This document shows positions 21,117 through 30,700 of a DNA stretch of 64,000 nucleotides, piece by piece. Origin of the DNA: an uncultured Verrucomicrobiae bacterium (GTDB lineage Bacteria > Verrucomicrobiota > Verrucomicrobiia > Chthoniobacterales > UBA10450); contig CAVWPA010000003.1 of assembly GCA_963756875.1 (NCBI GenBank), forward strand, positions 832,001 through 896,000, in the 5' to 3' direction. The notes below the pieces were generated by a model, which searched no databases, had not been told where the DNA came from, and worked only from the letters and a program-made list of their open reading frames with translations. Made by a program: the position numbers and the translations under genes. Each line of letters starts with the position of its first letter. The first letter of the stretch is position 1.

Positions 21117-23042
21117 TTAGGCCACGCTCGATCGGACCGGCGCTTTTTTTTGGAGAAGCGCAAGCACTTTCTCCACGAGTGCATCTGCGGTGATGCCATG
21201 TTTTTTACGCAGGATCGGGACAGCGCCGTGCTCGATGAATTCATCCGGCCAGCCGATGCGCACCACCGGTGTATTAATCATTTGCGAATGCAGATGCTCC
21301 ATTACCGCGCAGCCGAAACCGTTAAATAGAACGTGGTCTTCAATCGTACAGACCACTTCAACGCTGCGCGCGAAGAATTCGAGCGTGCCGGTATCCAACG
21401 GCTTAATCCAGCGCGGATTGATCAACGCTACGGAGATGCCTTTTTCTTCGAGTTTTCTCGCCGCTTCTTCGGCGACTTCGAACATGTTTCCCAGGCCGAA
21501 GATCGCCACGTCGCGACCGTGCTGGACCACTTCGGCCTTTCCGATTTCGAGAAGTTTTGGCTCTGCCTTCGGCTTGGCGCCGGTCCCCGCACCTCGCGGA
21601 TAGCGAATAGCGATTGGCCCGGCGCTGTAATTGGCCATGGTCCAGAGCATGTCGGCGAATTCGTCCTCGTTCTTCGGCTGCATGTGCACCCAGTTGGGGA
21701 TATGCCGCAGATAACCGATGTCGAACAGTCCGTGGTGCGTCGGCCCATCGTCGCCGCTTAAGCCTGCGCGGTCCATGCAGAGCGAGACATTGAGTTTCTG
21801 GATGGCCATGTCGTGGATGGCCATGTCGTAAGCGCGCTGAAAGAACGTAGAATAAATTGCGAGAAACGGCTTCAACCCCTGAGTGGCGAGCCCGCATGCA
21901 AAAAGCGCGGCGTGTTCTTCCGCAATTCCAACGTCGTAATATCGATCGGGATGGGCCTTGGCAAAATGGGACAGCCCGGTGCCGCTTGGCATTGCCGCCG
22001 TGATCGCGACGATCTTTCGATTCGTGTCCGCGAATTTGGCGAGCGTCTTGCCGATGGTCTCCGAATAGGTCGGAGTCGGCGCGGGTGCGGTCTCGCCGGT
22101 CTCCAGCTTGTATTTGCCGAGTCCGTGAAATTTATCGGGCTGTTTGATGGCAGGTTCGTAGCCCTTGCCTTTTTTCGTGAGAATGTGCAGCAGCACCGGC
22201 TCTTCCTGCGTCTTCAAAAATTCGAACGTTCGAATAAGCAGAGGGATGTCGTGGCCGTCGATCGGGCCATAGTAGCGGAGCCCGAGTTCTTCGAAAATGA
22301 CGCTCGGGACGAGCAAACCCTTTACGCTCTCCTCGACTTTGTGGGCAAAGTGAACGCCCGTTTTTCCGAGGATCGCCTGGATGAAGCCGCGCGCCTTTTC
22401 ATGCAGATGCGCGTAAGTGGGGCTTGCCACAATAGCGTTCAAATAGTTAGCGATGGCGCCGACGTTCTTCGCGATCGACCATTCATTGTCGTTCAGCACG
22501 ACGATGAAGCGTTTCGTGTGCGCCTTCACATTGTTCAACGCTTCGTAACTGATTCCGCAGGTAAGCGCGGCGTCGCCCGCTACGACGATGACGTTCTCAT
22601 CGCTCCCGCGCAGGTCGCGCCCGACTGCCATGCCGAGGCCGGCGGAAAGCGCCGTGCCGGCATGGCCGGCGCCATAACAATCATGCTCGCTTTCGGTTCG
22701 CAAAAGGAATCCGTTGAGACCCCCGTACTGCCGCATTGTCGAGAAGCGATTGAGACGCCCGGTAAACAACTTGTGTACGTAACCCTGGTGGCTCACGTCC
22801 ATCACAAGCCGGTCGTGCGGCGTGTTGAAAACGCGATGCAGCGCGATGGTCAGCTCGACCACGCCAAGGTTCGGACCCAAGTGTCCGCCCGTTTGTGAAA
22901 GCACCCTGATCAGTTCGTCGCGCACCTCTTGCGCCAGTTGCGGCAGGTCTTGTTCGCGCAGGGCTTTTATGTCCGCGGGCGAACGAATCCCGTCGAGCAA
23001 ACGCTTTGGCGCGGTTGTCTCCTCAGAAGAGTCTGACTTCAT
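21117..23042 (-). CDS. dxs: 1-deoxy-D-xylulose-5-phosphate synthase
   Basis: GGHLGPNLGVVELT, GDAA...LNDN, GIAEEHA, DGPTHHG, IRYPRG. Confidence 0.97.
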   Translation of the reverse strand: MKSDSSEETTAPKRLLDGIRSPADIKALREQDLPQLAQEVRDELIRVLSQTGGHLGPNLGVVELTIALHRVFNTPHDRLVMDVSHQGYVHKLFTGRLNRFSTMRQYGGLNGFLLRTESEHDCYGAGHAGTALSAGLGMAVGRDLRGSDENVIVVAGDAALTCGISYEALNNVKAHTKRFIVVLNDNEWSIAKNVGAIANYLNAIVASPTYAHLHEKARGFIQAILGKTGVHFAHKVEESVKGLLVPSVIFEELGLRYYGPIDGHDIPLLIRTFEFLKTQEEPVLLHILTKKGKGYEPAIKQPDKFHGLGKYKLETGETAPAPTPTYSETIGKTLAKFADTNRKIVAITAAMPSGTGLSHFAKAHPDRYYDVGIAEEHAALFACGLATQGLKPFLAIYSTFFQRAYDMAIHDMAIQKLNVSLCMDRAGLSGDDGPTHHGLFDIGYLRHIPNWVHMQPKNEDEFADMLWTMANYSAGPIAIRYPRGAGTGAKPKAEPKLLEIGKAEVVQHGRDVAIFGLGNMFEVAEEAARKLEEKGISVALINPRWIKPLDTGTLEFFARSVEVVCTIEDHVLFNGFGCAVMEHLHSQMINTPVVRIGWPDEFIEHGAVPILRKKHGITADALVEKVLALLQKKAPVRSSVA

Positions 23043-23370
23043 CGTTTTGCTTTTCTCCTTTTTCGACTGCTCCCCCGCTGGGCGGATTGGTTGTGGCAAA
23101 TTGGTTTTCAATGCCCGCATCCGGCCCCGGCTCAAAATTTTTCACCACTGGTTTACCGGTGTTGTTGCGGGCGATTATCTCGATCTTTTGTTCGGCGCTG
23201 GCAAGCCGCTCCTGGCAGATTTTTACGAGATTCATTCCCTCCTCGTAGCGAACGATTAGATCCTCGAGCGGAAGTTTACCCGATTCCATTTGCTCGACGA
23301 TTGATTCGAGCCGGTCCATCGCCTTCTCGAAGTTCAATTCGGCCCCCTGGCTTTTCGGTTTGCTGCTCAT
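23023..23370 (-). CDS. xseB: Exodeoxyribonuclease VII small subunit
   Basis: FEKAMDRLESIVEQMESGKLPLEDLIVRYEEG; upstream of dxs. Confidence 0.93.
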   Translation of the reverse strand: MSSKPKSQGAELNFEKAMDRLESIVEQMESGKLPLEDLIVRYEEGMNLVKICQERLASAEQKIEIIARNNTGKPVVKNFEPGPDAGIENQFATTNPPSGGAVEKGEKQNDEVRLF

Positions 23371-23550
23371 GCCGGAAACTCAAACTTAAGCACAGCGCCA
23401 CCCAAGATAAAGGCGGGAGTTCCGGGTGTTGAAGCACGGCGCTGCGAATCGCACCTCCTTGCGGCATGGCCGTCCTCGTTCTTGGGACGGTAATAGCTGC
23501 AAAAGGCGGGCGTGGCACATCCGATGCTCCCGTTTGGAACGAAACAACCT

Positions 23551-23931
23551 ATGGTAAAGTTCCCAAAGAAAATCCTACTGATCGATCATGAGCCGGGCGT
23601 TACACGCCTCATCAAGCGGGCGCTGGAAAAGGCCGGCAAATATATGGTCAGGGAGGAACGCGACGAACGGACGGCGCTGCATGCCGCCCGCTGGTTCCAA
23701 CCCGATCTCATTCTGGTCGACGCCGCAGGCCGCGACCGCCGAAATATTGAGCGACAGATTCAAACCGATGCCGCGCTCAGGGACACACCGGTGCTTTCAT
23801 TGAGCAGCCTCAAGCCCGAGAACCAAATGGTGTCCGGTGGTATCTTGAGCGGCTACAGTTTTTTCGCCGCTCCGGTCCGCATCGAAGAAGTTCTTCGCAG
23901 CGTCGAGGAGCTTCTCTTCGGTAAAGACTAA
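23551..23931 (+). CDS. Stand-alone atypical receiver domain protein
   Basis: KILLIDHE, PDLILVD, TPVLSLS; conserved Lys replaced (FFAAPV). Confidence 0.8.
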   Translation: MVKFPKKILLIDHEPGVTRLIKRALEKAGKYMVREERDERTALHAARWFQPDLILVDAAGRDRRNIERQIQTDAALRDTPVLSLSSLKPENQMVSGGILSGYSFFAAPVRIEEVLRSVEELLFGKD

Positions 23932-23954
23932 GCGCTAATTGGCCGGGTCGCGCC

Positions 23955-24332
23955 CTAACCGATCTGCTGCTTGTACGCTGCTGCGTCTTTCAATTGTTTC
24001 AGATCGTCCGGATTATCGATTTTTAGGACAAAGATCCAGCCCTGGCCGTAAGGCTCGCGATTGATCAGTCCCGGATCGGCGTCGAGCGCTTGATTCGCCT
24101 CAACCACCGTTCCTTTTACCGGCGCGTAGATGTCGCTGGCGGCCTTGACCGACTCGACTACGGCAATCGCTTCTTTCGCGTTCGCCTGTCGGTCCTTTTT
24201 AGGGAGCTCGACGTAAACAACGTCGGTTAATTCAGCCTGCGCATGATCGGTGATGCCGACGCGGATCTTGTCGCCTTCGCGCTTAATCCATTCATGGCTT
24301 TCGGTGTAGCGTAAATCTTCAGGAATGTTCAT
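23955..24332 (-). CDS. gcvH: Glycine cleavage system H protein
   Basis: YTESHEW, GITDHAQ, VESVKAASD lipoyl motif. Confidence 0.97.
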   Translation of the reverse strand: MNIPEDLRYTESHEWIKREGDKIRVGITDHAQAELTDVVYVELPKKDRQANAKEAIAVVESVKAASDIYAPVKGTVVEANQALDADPGLINREPYGQGWIFVLKIDNPDDLKQLKDAAAYKQQIG

Positions 24333-25408
24333 GACTGTTTGTAGAGCGGTTTTTTCTCGATCGTAGCGGGAAACTTTTGTCCCCGAATCTCAATCTCGAT
24401 CTGGTTGCCGATTTTCGCATGCGGCGCATCGATGTAAGCCATTCCAACGCCCCAATTCAAGCTCGGCGACAGCGTCCCGCTGGTGACTTCGCCGATGCGC
24501 TGGCCGTTGGCGAACACGGCGTAATGCGGTCTGGGCGGCGCTCCCTTTTCCTTCATTCGAAACGGCACGAGTTTTTGGCGCGGACCGTTCTCTTTCGTTT
24601 TAAGCAAGTCATCGCGGCCGATAAAGCCGGGCTTGGTAAGATCGACAAAAGAACCAAGACCGGCCTCGATTGGATTGCGCTCGGGCGAGAGATCGGATCC
24701 ATTGAGTGGGTAACACATTTCCAATCGCAACGTGTCGCGCGCGCCGAGTCCACACGGTTTGATACCCAGTGGTTTTCCTCTTTCCAAAACGGTGTTCCAA
24801 AACTTCACCGCATCCTGTGCGCGAAAGAAAACTTCGACGCCGTCCTCCCCCGTGTACCCGGTGCGCGCCATTGAAACGGGCATTCCGTCCAACTCAACGT
24901 CTACGATTTGATTTCGCGGCGGGAGATTAACAAAAAGTTCGGTAACGCGCGGGCCCTGGATGGCGACACCGCCGAAATTCGCGCTGCGGTTCGTCAGATT
25001 TACGTTGTTACCGCGATGTCGATCTAACCAATCGAAGTCTTCTTTCGTGCGCGACGCGTTTACGACGAGCAGAAATCTTTCCTCACCGATCCGATAGGCG
25101 ATGAGATCGTCAATGATGCCGCCGCGCTCATTGAGAAGAAAAGTGTAATGGCCGTGCCCGACCTCCAGTTTGTCGATGTTGTTTGTCAGCATCGTGTTCA
25201 GCCATCCGCGGGCGCCGTTCCCGTCGACGATCAATTGTCCCATGTGGGAAATGTCGAAGATGCCGAGAGCGTTTCGCACCGCCTGGTGTTCGTCCCCGAT
25301 ACCGGTGTATTGCACAGGCATGAGCCAGCCCGCGAATGGAACCATTCGTGCGCCCCGCTTCACATGCTCATCGTAAAGCGGCGTCTTTTTCTCCGCCGGC
25401 TCGGTCAC
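24329..25408 (-). CDS. gcvT: Glycine cleavage system aminomethyltransferase T
   Basis: FAGWLMPVQY, FDISHMG, RTGYTGEDG, GLGARDTLRLE. Confidence 0.97.
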   Translation of the reverse strand: MTEPAEKKTPLYDEHVKRGARMVPFAGWLMPVQYTGIGDEHQAVRNALGIFDISHMGQLIVDGNGARGWLNTMLTNNIDKLEVGHGHYTFLLNERGGIIDDLIAYRIGEERFLLVVNASRTKEDFDWLDRHRGNNVNLTNRSANFGGVAIQGPRVTELFVNLPPRNQIVDVELDGMPVSMARTGYTGEDGVEVFFRAQDAVKFWNTVLERGKPLGIKPCGLGARDTLRLEMCYPLNGSDLSPERNPIEAGLGSFVDLTKPGFIGRDDLLKTKENGPRQKLVPFRMKEKGAPPRPHYAVFANGQRIGEVTSGTLSPSLNWGVGMAYIDAPHAKIGNQIEIEIRGQKFPATIEKKPLYKQS

Positions 25409-25537
25409 GCGCCAAGCCTAAACGCCAATCGAATGAACGTAAAGATCGCGCACCGGGTGGGTCACGTGCACGCGCTCGGAGAATTGCGGTTCACATCCGC
25501 TTGCAGACGAATCGAGTGCCTTTACCGTGCCGCAACA

Positions 25538-26320
25538 ATGACTGTTCTCGACAAACTCGAGCGCCGTTTGGGTTTTCTTGGGATTCCAGGATTACCGCGC
25601 ATTCTGGTTGGCTTTGCCGCGCTGGTGTTTTTTTTAGCCCGTCTGTTCCCAGGCTTTACTTCGATGCTCGATCTCGATCCCGCGCGGATCTTGCATGGCG
25701 AGGTCTGGCGCCTCGTCACATACATTTTCATTCCTCAGACCCTCAGCCTGTGGTGGATTCTCTTCGCGCTCTGGTTTCTTTGGTGGATTGGCGAAGGGCT
25801 CGAACGTGTCTGGGGCCCGTTTCGGTTTACGCTTTATCTGGTGGTCGGGATGATCGGCACCACGGCTGCGGCGTTCTTCTTTGGCAGCAATTTTTCCAAC
25901 ACCATGCTGATCGCTTCGCTGTTTTATGCGTTTGCCTATTTTTATCCGGACGAAGTCATCTATCTGCTGTTCATTTTGCCGGTTAAAATCAAGTGGCTGG
26001 CCTGGATTCTGGCTGCATTGCTTTTGCTCGGATTTCTCGTAAACACGAACTCGTATCGCATCGCGTTGATTGCCGCGTTCAGTAATTACCTGCTCTTTTT
26101 TGGCCCGGAATACGTCTATGCCGCCCGGCACCGTCACGAAGTCTCGTCACGCCGGAGACGTTTTGAGTCGCAATCGCGGAGTGAAACGGAGTCGCTTCAC
26201 AAGTGCGCGGTCTGCGGTGCCACTGAGCTGAGCGATCCGAATCTCGAGTTCCGCGTCGCGCGCGATGGCGAGGAATATTGCATCGCCCATCTGCCGAAGG
26301 CGCAAGCGCCGGCGCAGTGA
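25538..26320 (+). CDS. Rhomboid/Derlin-like membrane protein with C-terminal Cys/His motif
   Basis: GEVWRLVTYIFIP, ILPVKIKWLA; HKCAVCG...YCIAH. Confidence 0.75.
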   Translation: MTVLDKLERRLGFLGIPGLPRILVGFAALVFFLARLFPGFTSMLDLDPARILHGEVWRLVTYIFIPQTLSLWWILFALWFLWWIGEGLERVWGPFRFTLYLVVGMIGTTAAAFFFGSNFSNTMLIASLFYAFAYFYPDEVIYLLFILPVKIKWLAWILAALLLLGFLVNTNSYRIALIAAFSNYLLFFGPEYVYAARHRHEVSSRRRRFESQSRSETESLHKCAVCGATELSDPNLEFRVARDGEEYCIAHLPKAQAPAQ

Positions 26321-26384
26321 AGCGGATGGCCCCCCGCGATCCACCTTTGCTTGACCAGCGTCCAGCGAAGCGGAAACTAGCGCA

Positions 26385-27206
26385 ATGACCGACAAGAACA
26401 CGACGCTTGTTCCGGAAGAAGGCTGGCATTGTTTGCATCTTTTCTACCGCATCGAGCATGGGCAATGGCAATTGTTCAGCCGCGAAGAGCAGAATGCGGC
26501 AAAAACGAACCTGGCAAAACTCGTCCAGGAAATTCGCGCTCTGGACTCCACGCAGCTGCTCACGCTCAGCGTGGTGACGCCGAAGGCCGACCTCGGTTTC
26601 ATGCTGATCACTCCCGATTTGCAAAGCGCCAACAGGATTGAGAAGCAATTATTGACTTCGCTGGGACCGGACGTGCTGACACCGGTTTACAGCTATCTCT
26701 CGCTCACCGAAGAAAGCGAGTACATCACGACGGAGGCCGAATACGCGGACACCCTCGCGAAGGAACAAAATATCGCGCCCGATTCGCCCAAGTTCGCCGA
26801 GGCAATGAACGCGTTTCGCGAGCGAATCAAACATTACAGGCAGGAGCGCGTTTATCCGACACTGCCGGACTGGCCGGTCGTCTGTTTCTATAACATGAGC
26901 AAGCGCCGCGGCGAGCAGCGGAATTGGTACGCGCTTCCGTATGATGAGCGACGCCGCCTGATGAAAGGGCACGCCTCCGTCGGCCGCCAGTTCGCCGGGA
27001 AGGTGAAACAGCTTATCACCGGGTCGACCGGACTCGACGATGCCGAGTGGGGCGTCACGCTTTTCTCGCGCGACACTTTTCAGATCAAGGCGATCGTTTA
27101 CCAAATGCGCTTCGATCCGGTGAGCGCTGAGTATGCCGACTTTGGTGAATTCTTCATCGGCATTCAACTGCCGCTGGACGAATTGTTCCGGCGATTGCAA
27201 CTGTAA
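26385..27206 (+). CDS. Chlorite dismutase family heme protein, ChdC/HemQ-like
   Basis: EGWHCLHLFY, YSYLSLTE, FYNMSKRR, NWYALP, proximal His in MKGHASVGR, DDAEWGVTLF. Confidence 0.85.
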   Translation: MTDKNTTLVPEEGWHCLHLFYRIEHGQWQLFSREEQNAAKTNLAKLVQEIRALDSTQLLTLSVVTPKADLGFMLITPDLQSANRIEKQLLTSLGPDVLTPVYSYLSLTEESEYITTEAEYADTLAKEQNIAPDSPKFAEAMNAFRERIKHYRQERVYPTLPDWPVVCFYNMSKRRGEQRNWYALPYDERRRLMKGHASVGRQFAGKVKQLITGSTGLDDAEWGVTLFSRDTFQIKAIVYQMRFDPVSAEYADFGEFFIGIQLPLDELFRRLQL

Positions 27207-27218
27207 GCGCTTTTTTCT

Positions 27219-27286
27219 GTAGCGGCGGTCTATGACCGTCGCATGATTTTTCCGCAACAAGTGCGACGGTCGCAGATCGCGGCTAC
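27219..27286. repeat. GTAG-type REP doublet
   Basis: GTAGCGGCGGTCTATGACCGTCG ... CGACGGTCGCAGATCGCGGCTAC. Confidence 0.75.
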
Positions 27287-27298
27287 AGAACAAAAACG

Positions 27299-27383
27299 GG
27301 ATGGGTGACAGAGCGGTCTATTGTGCACGCCTGGAAAGCGTGTGTGCCGAAAGGCACCGGGGGTTCGAATCCCCCCCCATCCG
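27299..27383 (+). tRNA. tRNA-Ser(GGA)
   Basis: Acceptor GGATGGG/CCCATCC, anticodon arm CACGC-CTGGAAA-GCGTG, long variable arm GTGCCGAAAGGCAC, GGTTCGAATCC; CCA not encoded. Confidence 0.95.
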
Positions 27384-27669
27384 CCGGATCCCAAATTTGT
27401 TTCTCTCGTGCGCGTGATCTGGCCCATTTCGTGGCAGTACTGGAGATTCGAACGCCGTTCGACTGGCGGGGCGCGTTACGCGCGAGGGTCAAAAGCGAAG
27501 CTCTAACTCCAGAGCCAAAGCGCAGCTTTGGATAATCCCCGGGGACGCTGTAGACACCGACCTCTCGGGAGACGCCGCGCGCGATCTTAATTACGATCAG
27601 TACCGCGTTTCGCAGAGCCAAACGTCTACACCAGCATGGCGCCGTGCTCCTGCGCGGCCCCGCTTCGAT

Positions 27670-28359
27670 TTACCTCGCCAGATCTGGTCGTCGCTCCAAA
27701 ATTTGAAGCGCCTGGCGTAATTTAACAATGCTGCCTTCGGGCAACACGCCGCGAAAATTCACGGTGGGGTAAACGATGCAATCGCGGCCCAAAACCGAGC
27801 CCGGATTAATCACCGCGTTGCAACCGATTTCAGTCCGATCACCAACGATCGCGCCGAACTTCGTGAGGCCGGTTGCGATCGGGCCGTCGGCGGCCGTGAC
27901 CGAAATTTCGCGATGATCAAGTTTCACATTCGACAGAATAACGCCCGCACCGAGATGAGAGTGGTGACCGAGGATCGAGTCGCCGACGTAGTTGAAATGA
28001 GGCACCTGCGCTTCGTCAAAAACGATGCAGTTTTTGAACTCGCACGAGTTTCCCATTACCACGCGGTTCCCAACGATGACATTTTCCCGCACATAGCAAC
28101 CGCTCCGGATGTGACAATTCTCGCCGATCCACGCGGGCCCTTTTAAAATCGCTCCCTGTTCGACAATGGTGCCGCGTCCGATAAAAACGCGGTCGCTAAT
28201 AAAAGGTTTACCCATCACCTCGCCGAGCAGCCCGGGTTTCAAACGAAATTGCAGGTAGCTGGCGATTTGTTTGAGCGCGTTCCAAACATATTTTTGGTTC
28301 TCGAACAATTTCGGATGGGCCGTGTGTTCGAGGTCGAGAAGATCGGCGGGCGCAAACAT
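27670..28359 (-). CDS. GlmU-like left-handed beta-helix acetyltransferase without nucleotidyltransferase domain
   Basis: GNSCEFKN, PHFNYVGDSILG, KFGAIVGD, GCNAVINPG. Confidence 0.85.
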   Translation of the reverse strand: MFAPADLLDLEHTAHPKLFENQKYVWNALKQIASYLQFRLKPGLLGEVMGKPFISDRVFIGRGTIVEQGAILKGPAWIGENCHIRSGCYVRENVIVGNRVVMGNSCEFKNCIVFDEAQVPHFNYVGDSILGHHSHLGAGVILSNVKLDHREISVTAADGPIATGLTKFGAIVGDRTEIGCNAVINPGSVLGRDCIVYPTVNFRGVLPEGSIVKLRQALQILERRPDLAR

Positions 28360-28407
28360 TTTCAGCGCTCAAGATGACGAATCACTCCCCGGGTTGCGAG
28401 CGCAAAC

Positions 28408-28548
28408 TCCGGGGAGCACAGGCTGCCAGCCTGTGGTTGCCGGCGGCCCGGCAGGCAACGCCTTCGCTCACGCAATTCCGAAGCAACGCCGTTTCCCGGT
28501 CCCGGCAAGCTGCCGAGACCCACAGGCTGGCAGCCCGTGCTCCCCGGA
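28408..28548. repeat. Long palindromic REP/MITE-like element
   Basis: 29-bp terminal inverted repeats with 1 mismatch (28408-28436 and 28520-28548), each with an internal hairpin; abuts the cysS stop. Confidence 0.85.
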
Positions 28549-29964
28549 TCACTCTGCGCCTCGCGGGGTGACTTTTTGTCCATCCTTTGTGTCGCGCACT
28601 TCCCATCCCAGCGCATTCAATCTCTTGCGCAATTCGTCGCTTTTCTTGAAATCCTTTGCAAGCCTGGCTTGCATACGTGCTTCTGCCAATGCGACGATTT
28701 CATCGGGAATCCTGCTCTTCGTAGTAGTGAGGTCTAGTACACGATCAATGCGTGCCCACCACTGCAGCCACCGATGAGCGGCGGAAGCGGTCAAGGTGCC
28801 TGCGTCAAGCGCCTGATTGCTCTCGCGAATTGCATCGTAGAGAACCGCGAGAGCTGCAGAAATATTTAAATCATCGTCGAGCGCTTCTTCGAATTTTCCC
28901 GTCGGCGGTTGGACCGCCGATGGTTCAGTTTTTGCACTTTCTTGCTGTGACGTTGCTTCCAATCGCTCCAGCCAATCGTCGATCCGGCCCAACGATTCCC
29001 TGGCCTCTTTCATTCCGTCCCAGGTGAAATTGAGCTGTGTCCGGTAATGGACGCGCAGCAGCGCGTAACGCAGTTCGCGGCCGGTGTAGCCTTTTCCCAG
29101 AATATCCGGGACCGTATAAAAATTGCCCAGCGATTTGGACATCTTTTGACCATCGACCAAAAGGTGCGCGCAATGCAGCCAGTAGCGCACGAACTGTTTG
29201 CCGGTGCAGCTTTCGCTTTGCGCGATCTCCGCTTCGTGGTGCGGGAAAATGTTGTCCACGCCGCCGCAATGGATGTCGATTTGATCGCCGAGCAGCGCGG
29301 TCGCCATCGCGCTGCACTCGATGTGCCAGCCAGGACGACCGCGTCCCCATGGACTTTCCCATGCCACCTTGCCGTCTTCCTCGTCCCACGCCTTCCAGAG
29401 CGCAAAATCGCCGATATGCTCCTTGTCGTACTCGTCGTGCTTGACGCGCCCTGTCGATTGCAGCTGCGTGAGATCGAAGTGTGCGAGTTTTCCGTAGTCG
29501 GGAAATTTGTTGATTCGAAAATAGACTGACTTGTCGTCGGCTTGGTAAGCGAGTTCACGCGAGATCAGCTCGCCGATCATCAAGATCATTCTGTCGATGT
29601 AACGCTGGTCGGTCGCGGCGGGGAATTCATCCGCGCGTTCGATGCGCAAGGCTTTGAGGTCATCAAAGAACGCCTGTTTGAATTGCTCGGTGAATTTTGC
29701 GAGCGGAACGTCCGCCTCGCGTGCGCTGCGGATGGTCTTGTCGTCCACGTCGGTGATGTTCATGACGCGGTGCACTTTGTAGCCGCGCAGTTCCAGATGA
29801 CGCTGTAAAAGGTCTTCGAAGATGTAGGCGCGAAAATTTCCGATGTGGGCGCGGCTGTAAACGGTCGGGCCGCAAGTGTACATGTCGACCTCGCGGCCGG
29901 CGGGATCGCGAGGCCGAAACTCTTCGAGCTCGCGCGAGTAGGTGTTAAAAAATCGAAGAGCCAT
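28549..29964 (-). CDS. cysS: Cysteine--tRNA ligase
   Basis: MYTCGPTVY, HIGN, GRPGWHIECS, KMSKS. Confidence 0.98.
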   Translation of the reverse strand: MALRFFNTYSRELEEFRPRDPAGREVDMYTCGPTVYSRAHIGNFRAYIFEDLLQRHLELRGYKVHRVMNITDVDDKTIRSAREADVPLAKFTEQFKQAFFDDLKALRIERADEFPAATDQRYIDRMILMIGELISRELAYQADDKSVYFRINKFPDYGKLAHFDLTQLQSTGRVKHDEYDKEHIGDFALWKAWDEEDGKVAWESPWGRGRPGWHIECSAMATALLGDQIDIHCGGVDNIFPHHEAEIAQSESCTGKQFVRYWLHCAHLLVDGQKMSKSLGNFYTVPDILGKGYTGRELRYALLRVHYRTQLNFTWDGMKEARESLGRIDDWLERLEATSQQESAKTEPSAVQPPTGKFEEALDDDLNISAALAVLYDAIRESNQALDAGTLTASAAHRWLQWWARIDRVLDLTTTKSRIPDEIVALAEARMQARLAKDFKKSDELRKRLNALGWEVRDTKDGQKVTPRGAE

Positions 29965-29967
29965 TCT

Positions 29968-30058
29968 TAGTGGAGTGTTGGAGTAGTTGGAGCAGTGGGG
30001 TAGTGAAAGGATCGAGCGGCGAAGCGCAATCATCACTCCATTGCTCCGCTATTCCATT
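29968..30058. repeat. Inverted degenerate 8-mer tandem arrays
   Basis: TAGTGGAG-TGTTGGAG-TAGTTGGAG-CAGTGGGG facing ATCACTCC-ATTGCTCC-GCTATTCC. Confidence 0.7.
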
Positions 30059-30525
30059 TCGACAGTCGCCACCGCCATCGCGGCGATCCCTTCATTCCGG
30101 CCGATCGCTCCGAGGCGCTCATTTGTTGTCGCCTTGATGCTGATGTTTGATTCAGAGATTCCGAGCGCGCCACCAATTGTCTTTTGCATGGCTGAAATGT
30201 GCGGCGCAATCTTTGGCGCTTCTGCAATGATTGTCGCATCAATATTGACCACGCTCGCCTTTTTCTCCGCGAGCAATTTCGTTACGCGCTTGAGAATTTC
30301 GACGCTGCTGATGCCGCGAATCGATTGATCGGTGTTTGGAAAGTGCTGGCCAATGTCGCCCGCGCCGATCGCTCCCAGAAGAGCGTCTGCGATTGCGTGC
30401 AACAGTACATCCGCATCCGAATGTCCCACCAGACCGCGCGAGTGTGGGATCGTTACCCCGCCGAGAATCAATTGTCGATTCTCGGCGAGCCGATGAACGT
30501 CGTAACCTATGCCGGTTCGAAACAT
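30049..30525 (-). CDS. ispF: 2-C-methyl-D-erythritol 2,4-cyclodiphosphate synthase
   Basis: RTGIGYDVH, GHSDADVLLHA, GDIGQHFP, KATTNE. Confidence 0.97.
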   Translation of the reverse strand: MFRTGIGYDVHRLAENRQLILGGVTIPHSRGLVGHSDADVLLHAIADALLGAIGAGDIGQHFPNTDQSIRGISSVEILKRVTKLLAEKKASVVNIDATIIAEAPKIAPHISAMQKTIGGALGISESNISIKATTNERLGAIGRNEGIAAMAVATVEME

Positions 30526-30530
30526 GGAAA

Positions 30531-30693
30531 AAATGACGAATGACCCGCCTTCGCCAGGCTTCGGCGCGGCAGGCGAATAACGAATGACGAATGAATGACA
30601 AAATCCGAATGCCAAAAAGGAATTCTCGATCGCTCGTTCGTCATTTGAGCATTCGTGCTTCCTTCGTGCTTCGTCATTCGAATTTCGTCATTC
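30531..30693. repeat. Inverted GAATGAC/GTCATTC heptamer arrays with nested hairpin element (30544-30574)
   Basis: AAATGAC GAATGAC [CCGCCTTCGCCAGGCTTCGGCGCGGCAGGC] GAATAAC GAATGAC ... GTGCTTC GTCATTC GAATTTC GTCATTC. Confidence 0.8.
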
Positions 30694-30700
30694 ATTGTCG

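Noticed and set aside
25408..25538. Glycine riboswitch upstream of gcvT
   Set aside because: Only about 130 nt shared with a divergent gene; no recognisable aptamer.
30531..30693. CRISPR array interpretation of the tandem repeats
   Set aside because: Units are 7-8 nt with no unique spacers, and there are no cas genes.
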